Sequence record: PP761450.1
Source of the DNA: Escherichia phage LHE287
Length of the DNA stretch: 64,000 bases
Reading direction: 5' to 3' (one strand)
Shown: positions 36,552 through 46,095 of the stretch, in pieces
How positions within the stretch are numbered: the stretch's first letter is position 1
Layout of the letters: every line of letters begins with the position of its first letter
Translations under genes and position numbers: made by a program
Notes under the pieces: model-generated
Databases searched by the model: none
Seen by the model: only the letters and a program-made list of their open reading frames with translations
What the model was told of the DNA's origin: nothing

Positions 36552-37775
36552 TTATTCAGGTTTCTTCAAACGGTCCAGCAAATTGACGGAACCACGTTTG
36601 AGAACGACTTCATCACAGCGCTTTTTGTATTCCCCACCGCCGTCATAGCTGACCTTGCCCCGAGGTTTTTCACCGCGCCCAACCGCCTCAACACAGCGAG
36701 TGTACTTGCTCAGTTCACAGAACATGTTCTCCAGCTGCATAACGTTCATGCACTGATCTACAGGCTCTTCAGCCGACCAGAATTGCTCACGAACATACCC
36801 ATATTGGGAATACACCGCGTCCTGATTGTCCCGCAACCAGAAGATGCATTCTTCATGCGTCATGCCATCTTTGTCCTGGAACATCAGATCAATCCCTGCG
36901 CGACAGCCTGGTCCAGCAACCGTGAAGTGGTTCTCACTGAAAGGATATCCAGGAATGTACGTGAAATCAACCCAGATCTGGTAGGCCAGGAATGGACCAA
37001 GCCCTTCGATGTCGTCATACATGCGCTGGTATACTTCCAGAGGAGTACCAAGGCGCAGCAAGTCATGGAAATAGTTTGGATACTTGTTGACGAATGCCTT
37101 CAGGGAGCGGATGACACGCATTGGCATGTACGGTTCCCATCCCTCGATGGTATATTCACCAGGATTCTCTTCGACCAGCTTCTTGGCGACCTTGTAGTCC
37201 ATCTCTTCCACAATACCCTGGCCAACACGATACACTTTCACCATCATCCCACCGAAGCGCTGCTCCTTGTGGTTGACAACCATCTCAGGGAAAGCCAGGC
37301 ATTGTTTCAGGCCGCCCGTGTTGAAGGCATTGGTGAATACCTTACCACCGTCGGCCTCGAACTTCTGAAGTCGTTCGCGGGTTGCATCGAGGTTGATCTC
37401 GGCGAATTCTTTGATCGTCATCGCGCCGCCGATAGCCTGGATTGGATCCCAGAGGTTGAACATGCGGAACAACACGCAGTTGAACATCTTGTCGGCCATA
37501 CCCAGAGCATCATTCTTGGCGATGTTGTTGATCAGGTTGAGAGACTGCCTGTCGTGCTCTCTCCGGACGTTACAGAATTTAACCTGGCGTAATATGGGAT
37601 TATCAGTCCAAGGAGCAGGAAGGCGCTGGACGTCCTTCTTGACGTGGATCTGATAACGATCGCGCATCCATTCGTAAGACAGGCAGGTATGGGTCGGACT
37701 GAGAACCGGTTTGGCCGACTTTATCTTTTCTTCACGGACACCGCAGTACGGGACGTCCAGGGCTTTATCTTTCAT
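36552..37775 (-). CDS. hypothetical protein (407 aa)
   Basis: no nucleotide-binding motif recognised. Confidence 0.6.
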   Translation of the reverse strand: MKDKALDVPYCGVREEKIKSAKPVLSPTHTCLSYEWMRDRYQIHVKKDVQRLPAPWTDNPILRQVKFCNVRREHDRQSLNLINNIAKNDALGMADKMFNCVLFRMFNLWDPIQAIGGAMTIKEFAEINLDATRERLQKFEADGGKVFTNAFNTGGLKQCLAFPEMVVNHKEQRFGGMMVKVYRVGQGIVEEMDYKVAKKLVEENPGEYTIEGWEPYMPMRVIRSLKAFVNKYPNYFHDLLRLGTPLEVYQRMYDDIEGLGPFLAYQIWVDFTYIPGYPFSENHFTVAGPGCRAGIDLMFQDKDGMTHEECIFWLRDNQDAVYSQYGYVREQFWSAEEPVDQCMNVMQLENMFCELSKYTRCVEAVGRGEKPRGKVSYDGGGEYKKRCDEVVLKRGSVNLLDRLKKPE

Positions 37776-37843
37776 GGTATCCTCTTAGAATACGAAAACA
37801 GAGGCCATTATAGCCTCTGTTGTTTAGTGAATAACTGTATATC

Positions 37844-38716
37844 TTAATCGATACGGGTCAGTTGGGTGATAGATGATTGCACTGGGCTGGCCACATAGAT
37901 ACGGACGTTGGCTTTCCATTCACCCCAGATCAACGGCAGAGTTGGGAAGTTGTCTTCATTGAAAACAAACACGGGAATGTAGCTCTCGACTGTTTCGCCA
38001 GAGAACGCCTGAAAGCCCATCTTGGTGTATCCCATGATCTCGTCAATAAAATCGAACGGAGCGAAGGCAACACCAGCGTGTTCGTTGCATCCGAGCTGGC
38101 CTGGAGTGGCCGTACCTGTCAGAATGATTTCGGTGATCTGGCGCTTAGGCTCGGCGGTCAACATATCAGAGAAGTCAGGCTCTTTGAAGGTTGCCATGTT
38201 CTTCAGGAACTTGCCAGCCGGGTACTCTTTGCCGTCGACAGTGATGGTGTCTACCACTTTGATGCACGCCTGAGGGAATTCCCCTTCGATGCGCAGACTT
38301 TCGCGTGGGAAGCCTTTGTTGTAGTAGTAATCCAGTGCTGGCACAACTTCACCTTCATTACGGATGAACTTGCTCATGTTAGAGGCATACACGCGCTGTA
38401 GACATTCGTCACCGTCGAAACCAGCAATATGAGCCACACCGTCGTTGACTGTTGTGATGTCGCCCTGGGCATCCATGATCTGGCGCATAATGTCTTTGAT
38501 GTCGACAACAACGGGTTCTTTCAGGACTCGCGGAGATGCGGTGAACTCAATTTTCACCTCGTGGTCGAAATACGCCGCTTCCAGCAGTTCACGGGTTTCT
38601 TCCAGCACCAGTTTCGCCTGATTGCGGATCTTACCAAAGTCGGGCGATGTGACGTCGCCCTTTGCATTACCGAAAGCCAGATTCAGATTCACGTTCTTGG
38701 AAAATGTAGTTGTCAT
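37844..38716 (-). CDS. hypothetical protein (290 aa), possibly all-alpha NTP pyrophosphohydrolase-like
   Basis: N-terminal acidic helical pattern (KLVLEETRELLEAAYFDHE ... DIKDIMRQIMDAQGD) loosely MazG/dCTPase-like; weak. Confidence 0.5.
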   Translation of the reverse strand: MTTTFSKNVNLNLAFGNAKGDVTSPDFGKIRNQAKLVLEETRELLEAAYFDHEVKIEFTASPRVLKEPVVVDIKDIMRQIMDAQGDITTVNDGVAHIAGFDGDECLQRVYASNMSKFIRNEGEVVPALDYYYNKGFPRESLRIEGEFPQACIKVVDTITVDGKEYPAGKFLKNMATFKEPDFSDMLTAEPKRQITEIILTGTATPGQLGCNEHAGVAFAPFDFIDEIMGYTKMGFQAFSGETVESYIPVFVFNEDNFPTLPLIWGEWKANVRIYVASPVQSSITQLTRID

Positions 38717-38732
38717 GATTTAGCGACTCCAG

Positions 38733-39197
38733 TTATTCGCTTTTTGCCTTCGTAGGCCGGATGATGTATTTTGGAACCAGTTTCCATTCAGGAACCTGAT
38801 CGTGTTTAACCACTTTAATGCGAGACATATCGGCTGCTTCAGTGACCTGCTCAGGATGAATGACCTTCACCATGTTCCACTGCTCCAGCAGCTTGATGAT
38901 TCGGTTCATCCTCAGGACATCTTCGCGGTTAAATCCGTTGTAATGCCCGTCCAGCATAAATAGATGCTTAAAGTGGACGATATAATACTTGCCACACTTA
39001 TGAAGAATATGGCAAGTCTGATACAGAGTATTCGGCTCTTGGCGCGTGTTTACCCCAATTCGACTCAGTGTTTCCTTGATCCCCAGGAATATACCTGGCC
39101 GATCTTGGTTCAATTGAACTTCAACCATACAATCAACGATGCTGGCCTCATCGTTGACTGCTGAAATATTCAATATGTCTAGCGTATTACGCGCCAT
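38733..39197 (-). CDS. regA: translational repressor RegA
   Basis: YQTCHILHKCGKYYIVHFKHLF and EWKLVPKYIIRP resemble T4 RegA (YQSCHILQKKGLYYIVHFKEM, EWKLVPKYTIGN); first ATG has AAGGGGA SD, internal start at 39128 is alternative. Confidence 0.75.
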   Translation of the reverse strand: MARNTLDILNISAVNDEASIVDCMVEVQLNQDRPGIFLGIKETLSRIGVNTRQEPNTLYQTCHILHKCGKYYIVHFKHLFMLDGHYNGFNREDVLRMNRIIKLLEQWNMVKVIHPEQVTEAADMSRIKVVKHDQVPEWKLVPKYIIRPTKAKSE

Positions 39198-39226
39198 GAC
39201 TCATTCCCCTTTTACAATAGTTTGAA

Positions 39227-39649
39227 CTATTTAGCCTTGCGCGGTTTCGCTTTGGCGTTCAGCTCAGTGCGTCTCATCTTCTCGCGTATCTCGGCCAGGA
39301 CTTCCTTCGGCAAGAAACGGACGTACTCCGATGCCTTCTCCATGCTGATGTAGAAGTACTCGGAGAGTAACTTCACGTCAGGATCAATCGGACCTTTCTT
39401 AGACCATTTGTCGTAGCGTTTCCGAGCCGGAATGGTGTAAAAGGCATATGACCATTGCATCCATGGAGTGATAGCATGTAGCTTATTCATCTGTTGTGCA
39501 GCCACTAGTGTGTCTTTGCTCTGAGCTAAACCACGCCGCGTCATAAACGGGTCGAATCCTTTCAACACTTCTGGGTCATCAGACCGCAAAAGGTTTTCTT
39601 TGCTGCTGTTCAGAGCAGCCAGGTAATCGAACAATCCAAGGGCGGCCAT
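39227..39649 (-). CDS. gp62: clamp-loader small subunit (T4 gp62-like)
   Basis: AFYTIPARKRYDKWSKK vs T4 gp62 AVPRGKRYGKWAK; follows gp44 as in T4. Confidence 0.65.
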   Translation of the reverse strand: MAALGLFDYLAALNSSKENLLRSDDPEVLKGFDPFMTRRGLAQSKDTLVAAQQMNKLHAITPWMQWSYAFYTIPARKRYDKWSKKGPIDPDVKLLSEYFYISMEKASEYVRFLPKEVLAEIREKMRRTELNAKAKPRKAK

Positions 39650-39653
39650 AATA

Positions 39654-40643
39654 TCACTTCCACTTGATGTTGAGCATGACATTGGTCAGGAAAAACACAG
39701 CATGCAGCCAGACATCGCCGACTTGACGGTGTTCAATCTGAGACTGACCACACACGCATACCAGATCAGGGATAGACTCATTCTGAACCAACATTTGCTT
39801 CTCTTTATCCTGTGGTACACAGAACTGGAAGAAGCGGGAATAGAAGTCTTCAGTGATATAGTTCTGGTTGTCGGTCACCCACTGCTTCATCCCAGCCCAG
39901 TCATTATCCTTCAACATATTCACCAACATGCCCATATCGGCCGATTTTAACACAGCCAGTGCACGTTCGTCGATCTTGCCGTAAGTGGTGACGTTATCCT
40001 GTAGAACACCCATGATGCGGCGGTTATCAGGGAAATGGCGCTTGACAATAGCAGCCAACACAGGAGGGTCATACTCAACACCTTCGCAGCGAAGGATTTC
40101 AGCACAGCGGCGCATGAACTGAAGTTTTACCTCATCAGCCTCAGCCTCATTCCAGATAAAGTCGATTTCACGGCAACGAGAGCGCAGAGGTTCGTTCACA
40201 CGTTGCTTGGCGTTGGTGGTCAAGATGAATGAACAGTTCTTGGAGACCTTCTCCACAATACCCTTCAGCGACTCCTGTGCCGCCATAGACAGACGCTCTA
40301 CTTCGTCGAGGATAACGACTTTGCGGCCACCGAATACGCTCACACCAGTAGAGTACTGAATCACGCGGTCACGGATAACGTCAATGCTGTTGTCCAGGGA
40401 TGCGTTGATCATCAGTGGTTGCTTACAACCGATTTCATTACACACGGCCAGGGCAGAGGTAGTCTTGCCAGTACCAGGCTGAGGAGAGTAGAACAGCATA
40501 GACGGGATGTTGCCGTTGCCGCTGGTGATGTAGCCATGGATTTTAGCGCGGACGTCTTGAGGGATGATAATCTCGTCCAGGTTGTCAGGGCGATACTTGT
40601 TTTCCCATGCGTACTGGTCGGAAACGATAGTGATATTAGACAT
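39654..40643 (-). CDS. gp44: clamp-loader ATPase (T4 gp44-like)
   Basis: ENKYRPDNLDEIIIPQ, P-loop YSPQPGTGKTT, SRC motif; C-terminus IKWK vs T4 MQWK; start ATG 40643 with GAGG SD. Confidence 0.85.
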   Translation of the reverse strand: MSNITIVSDQYAWENKYRPDNLDEIIIPQDVRAKIHGYITSGNGNIPSMLFYSPQPGTGKTTSALAVCNEIGCKQPLMINASLDNSIDVIRDRVIQYSTGVSVFGGRKVVILDEVERLSMAAQESLKGIVEKVSKNCSFILTTNAKQRVNEPLRSRCREIDFIWNEAEADEVKLQFMRRCAEILRCEGVEYDPPVLAAIVKRHFPDNRRIMGVLQDNVTTYGKIDERALAVLKSADMGMLVNMLKDNDWAGMKQWVTDNQNYITEDFYSRFFQFCVPQDKEKQMLVQNESIPDLVCVCGQSQIEHRQVGDVWLHAVFFLTNVMLNIKWK

Positions 40644-40723
40644 TTCAGCCTCGTGTAGAAGAATCATTTCAAATAGGCGGGGAACGCCCCGCCCACACAT
40701 TATAGCATCAGGCTGGAGATTGA

Positions 40724-41392
40724 TTACTCAATCTGTGCGCCGACGAAGTAATTGATCGTCGCGTCGGATGATTGGAAGTTCACCATCTGTAGATCAGCAC
40801 AGGCACGCAGAGTGTAGTTGCCTTCGATCATTTTCAGGTTGGCAACATCCAGTGGCATTACGAAGTCCGGCAGCGCGGTTTCGCCCAGCTCAACAGTGTA
40901 GTTGTTGGAGTTGTCTAGGGTAGTGGTGGTTGCAACCAGGCGTGTTTTGCCACCCTGAGCAACCAGACGCACAGTCTTGTGTCCGAGGGTAGAGCAGGCG
41001 CGGGTCAGTTCTTTCATCTTCTCTGGAGTGATGATCGCTTCAAAGTCAACAGACGGCAGTTCAATAGTATCAGCCGGAACAACAGTGAGTTCTTTAGCAG
41101 AACGCCAGAATTGCAGCTGAGAGCTTTCGCCTTTCAACAGGATGTAGTCCTGATGAAATTCGGCTTTGGCACCTTTGAAGGAAGGTAGGCGCTGGATGGC
41201 CAGAAGTTTGGTCAGGTCCAGAATCGGGAACTCAAACGGGAAGTCTTCTTCGATCTGCGCCACGGCGATCACAGTAGAAGAATCATTAATACTGCGCAGC
41301 ATCTTGCCTGGTGTCAGAACGATAGATGGGTTGATGGTCTCAAAGTTGGCCAGCAACTGAAGTGTACGTTCGGAGAGAGTGATCTCTTGCAT
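40724..41392 (-). CDS. gp45: sliding clamp (T4 gp45-like)
   Basis: 222 aa; LQLLANFETINPSIVL vs T4 gp45 TALLKNFATINSGIML; GAGGA SD. Confidence 0.85.
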   Translation of the reverse strand: MQEITLSERTLQLLANFETINPSIVLTPGKMLRSINDSSTVIAVAQIEEDFPFEFPILDLTKLLAIQRLPSFKGAKAEFHQDYILLKGESSQLQFWRSAKELTVVPADTIELPSVDFEAIITPEKMKELTRACSTLGHKTVRLVAQGGKTRLVATTTTLDNSNNYTVELGETALPDFVMPLDVANLKMIEGNYTLRACADLQMVNFQSSDATINYFVGAQIE

Positions 41393-41502
41393 TTGTATGT
41401 ATCCTCAAAATATAGTGGGGGTTCAAGTCATGTTTGACGCAATCTAGTATCGCTGTGTTTTGCTTATAGAACAAGTGGCAAATTGCGCTACGCGTTATTA
41501 AT

Positions 41503-41519
41503 AAATGCCTTCGGCATTT
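41503..41519. other. AT-flanked hairpin AAATGCC-TTC-GGCATTT in divergent intergenic region
   Basis: 7-bp stem, A/T flanks on both sides. Confidence 0.5.
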
Positions 41520-41524
41520 ATGGA

Positions 41525-41571
41525 CTTTATTAAAGATAATAACCTTTATTAAAGATAATAACCTTTATTAA
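41525..41571. repeat. 19-bp tandem repeat, 2.5 copies
   Basis: CTTTATTAAAGATAATAAC x2 plus CTTTATTAA. Confidence 0.85.
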
Positions 41572-41753
41572 TCCTATTCGCTTCGCTCATAAAACAAATA
41601 CTCGTTGTTCGCTAACGCTCACAACTCGTATAATACCACGCCATTGTTCAACAAGAAAGCAGTTTTTATTCAACAGCAAAAATAATTTATTTGGTCTAAA
41701 CATGCACGCGAAATAATATGTATGTCATGTTAACCAACACACGAGAGTAATAT

Positions 41754-42125
41754 ATGAAACAGTTCGTAGGATTATACGCAGTCGGGTGTAGTAAGCCAGA
41801 CGCCAACCTCACCACAGGTCAATTTATCACAGGCACCCCAGTTTATCTGACACAGCTGGCGTCAGACAAGAACTTACCATCGGAGCCGCGATTTGTCCCT
41901 CTGGGTTTGATGACAGGCCTGAAAGTTGGTCTGTATGTCGGTGCGGTGACGTTTGAAAACGGCATCGAAGCGAAGGTTCTGCCATTCAAATTGGGTAGCG
42001 AACAAATGCTGAAGGATACGATCAGTGAACACCTGAACTCACAATGTCTGGCTTCTCTGGACAAATTGTTCGGTGTAGTAACTGATGAAGGCGAGGCCAC
42101 CCCCGCCTATGTGAATCAAGATTAA
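41754..42125 (+). CDS. hypothetical protein (123 aa), plus strand
   Basis: ATG 41754; follows 360-bp divergent intergenic region containing TATAAT. Confidence 0.5.
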   Translation: MKQFVGLYAVGCSKPDANLTTGQFITGTPVYLTQLASDKNLPSEPRFVPLGLMTGLKVGLYVGAVTFENGIEAKVLPFKLGSEQMLKDTISEHLNSQCLASLDKLFGVVTDEGEATPAYVNQD

Positions 42126-43630
42126 TCGTGATTACCCAGCGCCACCTTCATGAATTCCACAGGGTGGCGCTCTGCCAGGTAAAACTTGTAACGCTCGTGA
42201 GAGTGCCTAAGAGCGTGGTTCGTGCTGGCGTTGTACGATGCATCATCCACTAAGTCCCATATCCACGCGACGTCCTTAGAGGAGTGCTGACGCATCAGAC
42301 GACCCAATGTCTGTATGACGCGGATATATGACTTGCTCGGGTGTGCAAGTACAAGGTGGTGTAGTTTCTTGATCGACACACCCTGCTGCATTGTCCCGTA
42401 TGATGCCAACAGGGTGATGTCCTCTCCATCCTCCATCGCTTTCTGTATGCGGCGGCGGTCTTCGATCTTCACTTCCCCGTTGATGACAAACACGTTGGGC
42501 TTGACTGCGCTCAGCATATCATACACGACCATCATGTGACCATCAATACGCTCGAACATGATGGCCACGTTTCCTTTCAGATTCAGTGCCATCTTGGCGA
42601 TCAGTTCGTTGCGGGACTGGTGTGTGATAAGGTATTCTATTTCCTTGGAATAATCCCCGTCCAGACCAACAGCATCCGCCGGAGTGTGCTTCAGCTGAAT
42701 CATCTTCACTTTGATGTCAGTGGCGTACCCGAGATTGATAAGATCGCGAGCTGTGATGATCTTATGGTACGCCCCGAAGTGAGCCACCACCTGAAGCCCG
42801 GCAACTTTGGTGTTCGCCAGCGTACCTGTAACCCCCAGGCGCTGGTCGGCATAGATGCAGTTGTTTAGGATGTAAGACAGTTTCTCAGACTTGGAGGTGT
42901 GCACTTCATCCACCACGATATCACCGAACTGGTGGAACCATTCCTTCGGTTGATCTTGAATGCCTTGCCATGTACTGATGACGATTGGTTTGCTGATCTC
43001 CTTTGTCGCGCCCTCAAAAATCAGCTGGGTGTTAACAACGGGCTTCCAATCACTGCCATGCGCATACTCTTCGAAGTTGTCGTACAGCTGAGTGACTAAG
43101 TGGATTGACGGCACCACGATAAGCGTCTTCAGAGGACTTTCGAGAGCTTCTCTGCGTCGCCTGTAGTACCGCGCCATGACATACAGAATAAAGGACTTAC
43201 CGGCACTCGTAGCCAGTTCACAGACGCATCTGGTTTGACGCATAGCCTTGGCGATGGTGTCGTACTGGTAGTCACGAGTCTCGGCATCGATATATTCGTG
43301 ATTTTCGGTACGGATCTTTGGATGCAGACTGTCGATGAATTCACGGATTTCTTCATCTGGGATGTCCTGAATGTACTTCAGCGCCGGATCCAGTTCAATG
43401 GTGTATCCGTTGTTCTTACAGAACTTAAATACCTCAAACAGCAGACCGATATCGATTAGACCAGATGACTTGGTAAATAGGCGGACAACCCCGTCCCATT
43501 TAGAGAAGGGGTTGGGAACGAAGTTCGGGTCTTCGAATTTGAAGTAGTCATTAAGTTCTTCCCTGATAGAAAGATCTGCGATGCAACGCATGCGGACTTC
43601 GTTAACCTTAACAATCTGAATGTCTGCCAT
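42122..43630 (-). CDS. uvsW: UvsW-like SF2 DNA helicase
   Basis: start ATG 43630 (GGGAG SD); FKFCKNNGY and ELATSAGKSFILYVMARYY match T4 UvsW; DEVH box, QTLGRLMR motif VI. Confidence 0.85.
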   Translation of the reverse strand: MADIQIVKVNEVRMRCIADLSIREELNDYFKFEDPNFVPNPFSKWDGVVRLFTKSSGLIDIGLLFEVFKFCKNNGYTIELDPALKYIQDIPDEEIREFIDSLHPKIRTENHEYIDAETRDYQYDTIAKAMRQTRCVCELATSAGKSFILYVMARYYRRRREALESPLKTLIVVPSIHLVTQLYDNFEEYAHGSDWKPVVNTQLIFEGATKEISKPIVISTWQGIQDQPKEWFHQFGDIVVDEVHTSKSEKLSYILNNCIYADQRLGVTGTLANTKVAGLQVVAHFGAYHKIITARDLINLGYATDIKVKMIQLKHTPADAVGLDGDYSKEIEYLITHQSRNELIAKMALNLKGNVAIMFERIDGHMMVVYDMLSAVKPNVFVINGEVKIEDRRRIQKAMEDGEDITLLASYGTMQQGVSIKKLHHLVLAHPSKSYIRVIQTLGRLMRQHSSKDVAWIWDLVDDASYNASTNHALRHSHERYKFYLAERHPVEFMKVALGNHD

Positions 43631-43658
43631 ACAAAATCTCCCAAGGATTATGGGGTAT

Positions 43659-44405
43659 TTAGTGATCCGGCCAGACTCCGTTTTGTTCTTTATCCATGCG
43701 ATGATACAGACGAACACGCTCAAACATCTTTGTCAGAATGTCATCACGGTTGAACTCAATGACGGTTGGTAGAGGGGAAGACTCGTTGGCAATCACGTTG
43801 ATGAGGCGGGTGATCTTGACGCCGAACATCTGCTGGAACATGACCGAATATAAGCACAGCTGGATACTGTAATCCTCGATCATGCCCCGCGTCTTCATGG
43901 TGTTCGATGTCTTGAAGTCGATGACAGCAGGTTTACCCTCATAAACCCCGATAAGGTCTACACGGCCTGCAAGACCAAGCACCTCGCTATATAATGGGAT
44001 CTCCTGAGCATAGATCTTTGTCATCTTGTTCAGGTAAGGGAACAGCTGCTTGAACATGAACATGTATTCACCAGCCGCTTCCAACACTTCTTTCATTGGG
44101 CGGTTCTTTAGATACAGTTCACAAGCAAGGTGCAGCTTCTCCCCTCGGTCAGCACAGCGCATGGTCTCAAGATCAGCGGCCTCTGCGCCCAGCTTCTTCC
44201 TCCAAGACTCAAGCCATTCATGATCTCCAGTGCGTCCCAGCATAGTCGTGACGGATGTCAGTTTAACACCAGACGGTGAAACGTAATGACGACCATTCTC
44301 CGTCGTAACACACTCCAGTTCCTTATGAGGAAGTTCGTATTGCTGGAATGTGTAATGACGGTTTTCGAAGTCATTCAGCTTGCGTAGATCCTGGAGAGAT
44401 GCCAT
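43659..44405 (-). CDS. PD-(D/E)XK family nuclease (Cas4/RecB-like)
   Basis: 248 aa; GRVDLIGVY...AVIDFKTS and YSIQLCLY (QxxxY) motifs. Confidence 0.55.
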   Translation of the reverse strand: MASLQDLRKLNDFENRHYTFQQYELPHKELECVTTENGRHYVSPSGVKLTSVTTMLGRTGDHEWLESWRKKLGAEAADLETMRCADRGEKLHLACELYLKNRPMKEVLEAAGEYMFMFKQLFPYLNKMTKIYAQEIPLYSEVLGLAGRVDLIGVYEGKPAVIDFKTSNTMKTRGMIEDYSIQLCLYSVMFQQMFGVKITRLINVIANESSPLPTVIEFNRDDILTKMFERVRLYHRMDKEQNGVWPDH

Positions 44406-44420
44406 TATGTGTGATCCTCG

Positions 44421-44873
44421 TTATACACCATCAATATATTTTCTCCACTCAATAGCATTTTTCACTTCGTATCCCAGTTTGTTCAGGCGATCCAAACAAG
44501 TCTCTATGAACTTGACTTTTGCTTTTTGTTCTTGTAACAGAACAGACAACTCCACATAGTCATCGTCTGCTTTGACCCATGTATCTAGGTCAGACTTCAG
44601 GGGGCGAACCTTCAGGGGGCGATCTGCGTAGATGTTAGGGGGTAACTCCCCTGCATAGTAGCGGCGCAGATAGAGATCGATTTGGCGGAAGCGCCCGTTG
44701 AGAAATTCAAGATAACGTCCCTCGCGCAGATAATGCCGCTGTACAGCCATCCAAGAGCGCCCGATTTTCAGTGAGATCTGGTCAAGGTTCATGTCTTCTG
44801 GGTCCACTGTGATCAGCGGCTCCAGTTCGTTCATGATGTCCTCGGTAGCCATTGTCTGTAGTTGTTCTTTCAT
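44421..44873 (-). CDS. uvsY: UvsY-like recombination mediator
   Basis: 150 aa; weak but consistent similarity to T4 UvsY (YYAGE..., C-terminal LDRLNKLGYEVKNAIEWR vs LDAIKSRGFAIKHIQDMR); sits next to uvsW. Confidence 0.55.
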   Translation of the reverse strand: MKEQLQTMATEDIMNELEPLITVDPEDMNLDQISLKIGRSWMAVQRHYLREGRYLEFLNGRFRQIDLYLRRYYAGELPPNIYADRPLKVRPLKSDLDTWVKADDDYVELSVLLQEQKAKVKFIETCLDRLNKLGYEVKNAIEWRKYIDGV

Positions 44874-44915
44874 AAAATATCCCAGCTTGTCAATGTCATA
44901 GAATTATACCGCATT

Positions 44916-45719
44916 TCATGGATTAGAATCAATCGCCTTCCCACCAGATAGTGGAACCAGCTGTTGGAACTTGAAGGTCACTGTTGTCACCAGCTGAGGT
45001 ACAGCCGCGTCTACGTCCACCAGTACGTTGTCCAAAGCAGTCGGGCGGGCTTCCTCCAGCACGAGAGTGAGGCCAATCGGTCGGTTGAGGTTATCCAGCA
45101 ATTCAATGGTAATGTCCTTGCTGACAGGCAAATCCTTGCCGACGTTGCTGGTAATCCATTGGTGGATCTGTAACCATGATTTCCAGTCCTCGTCTATAAC
45201 GAAAGTAAATACGACGGGATCATAGGTTAAACGCTCTGAAGGTATAGAAACCAACACGTCACCAGGAGACGGACCATCGATGCCTTCGGAGTACACCCCT
45301 GGTATACTGAAGTCGTGGATGTTACGGGTTAGGAGTACAAGGTCTCCGATAGTCAGACGCCACTTATCGGACGCCGCGAAATTAGGGTTTTCGTTCTTGA
45401 ATTGTACGTTGGACATAATAGCACCTTTGCTGTGGAGATATTTTGTGACCCTGATGCGCGGGATCAGTAGATTGTTGTTGGCATGCTCGATGCTCTTGTT
45501 TACGAGCTGTCGCATCTTTGTCACGCCAATAATTTCTGTTTCCGAACTCTGGAACCCAGAAGTGCGCACTGTACCTGTGACGTTGTCGGCCAGCGTTCCC
45601 ACTTGTAACAAGGGTATGCTGGACATCATCGTGCAAGAGTTCCAGCCCTTCCAGAAGCTCGTACCTTTAGGTTGCTTTGATGAGAACATGAGCACCCTCA
45701 AGCCATACTGGAAGACCAC
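44916..45719 (-). CDS. hypothetical protein (267 aa)
   Basis: GTG start 45719 with strong AGGAGAGGAA SD; internal ATG 45417 alternative. Confidence 0.5.
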   Translation of the reverse strand: MVFQYGLRVLMFSSKQPKGTSFWKGWNSCTMMSSIPLLQVGTLADNVTGTVRTSGFQSSETEIIGVTKMRQLVNKSIEHANNNLLIPRIRVTKYLHSKGAIMSNVQFKNENPNFAASDKWRLTIGDLVLLTRNIHDFSIPGVYSEGIDGPSPGDVLVSIPSERLTYDPVVFTFVIDEDWKSWLQIHQWITSNVGKDLPVSKDITIELLDNLNRPIGLTLVLEEARPTALDNVLVDVDAAVPQLVTTVTFKFQQLVPLSGGKAIDSNP

Positions 45720-46095
45720 AATTCCTCTCCTGCGGCATGGCGATGAAGGGAAGATTCCATACCTATCAGCAAGTATTTATTACTCTCAGAACAACAGCAT
45801 CATTATCACCTTTAATCCATCATTCTACGCCAAGCTGAAGCAACAAATGGTTGGACGACTGGGTACAACATCAGATATAATCGTGACGTTCAAGATCATG
45901 AATGACTCAGATAAACCAGTACGAATCGCAACTCAGGGTGTGTTCGTTAACAACGAAGCGGTTGGAAATGGGATGAGTATCTTTGAAGTTAACCCAGGGG
46001 GAACGATCTTGATCAGACTGAGTAATGTGGGTGTGAACTCCCTGCTGTTGGATGGCATCGAACCAGTGGGAGTTCTTCCGGCGCGGGAGCACTGA
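45688..46095 (+). CDS. hypothetical protein (about 135 aa), plus strand
   Basis: C-terminal half of track ORF 45280..46095 looks protein-like and ends abutting next minus-strand stop; start uncertain. Confidence 0.35.
   Translation: MSTLKPYWKTTIPLLRHGDEGKIPYLSASIYYSQNNSIIITFNPSFYAKLKQQMVGRLGTTSDIIVTFKIMNDSDKPVRIATQGVFVNNEAVGNGMSIFEVNPGGTILIRLSNVGVNSLLLDGIEPVGVLPAREH

Noticed and set aside
34419-38716. Expectation that T4-like DNA polymerase (gp43) lies immediately 5' of regA
   Set aside because: None of the three ORFs has exonuclease (FDIET-like) or polymerase motifs; the polymerase must be outside this window.
41415-41435. GGTTCAAGTC resembling a tRNA T-loop
   Set aside because: Flanking sequence cannot form the T-stem or an acceptor stem on either strand; no tRNA-like cloverleaf found here or near 5580.
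41455-41470. TTTGCTTAT as a MotA-box middle promoter
   Set aside because: Does not match TGCTT(T/C)A and no TAnnnT -10 at the expected spacing.
41525-41571. Tandem repeat as a possible CRISPR array
   Set aside because: Only 2.5 directly abutting copies with no spacers.
43631-43723. Longer N-termini from the ORF track for UvsW, gp44, RNase H, endolysin, primase and others
   Set aside because: Track starts are often GTG/TTG without SD; internal ATGs with good SD and agreement with T4 N-termini were preferred.
45280-45687. N-terminal 136 codons of plus-strand ORF 45280..46095
   Set aside because: Overlaps a minus-strand gene with a strong SD and is R/S/L-rich; only the 3' part (45688 onward) is kept as a low-confidence gene.
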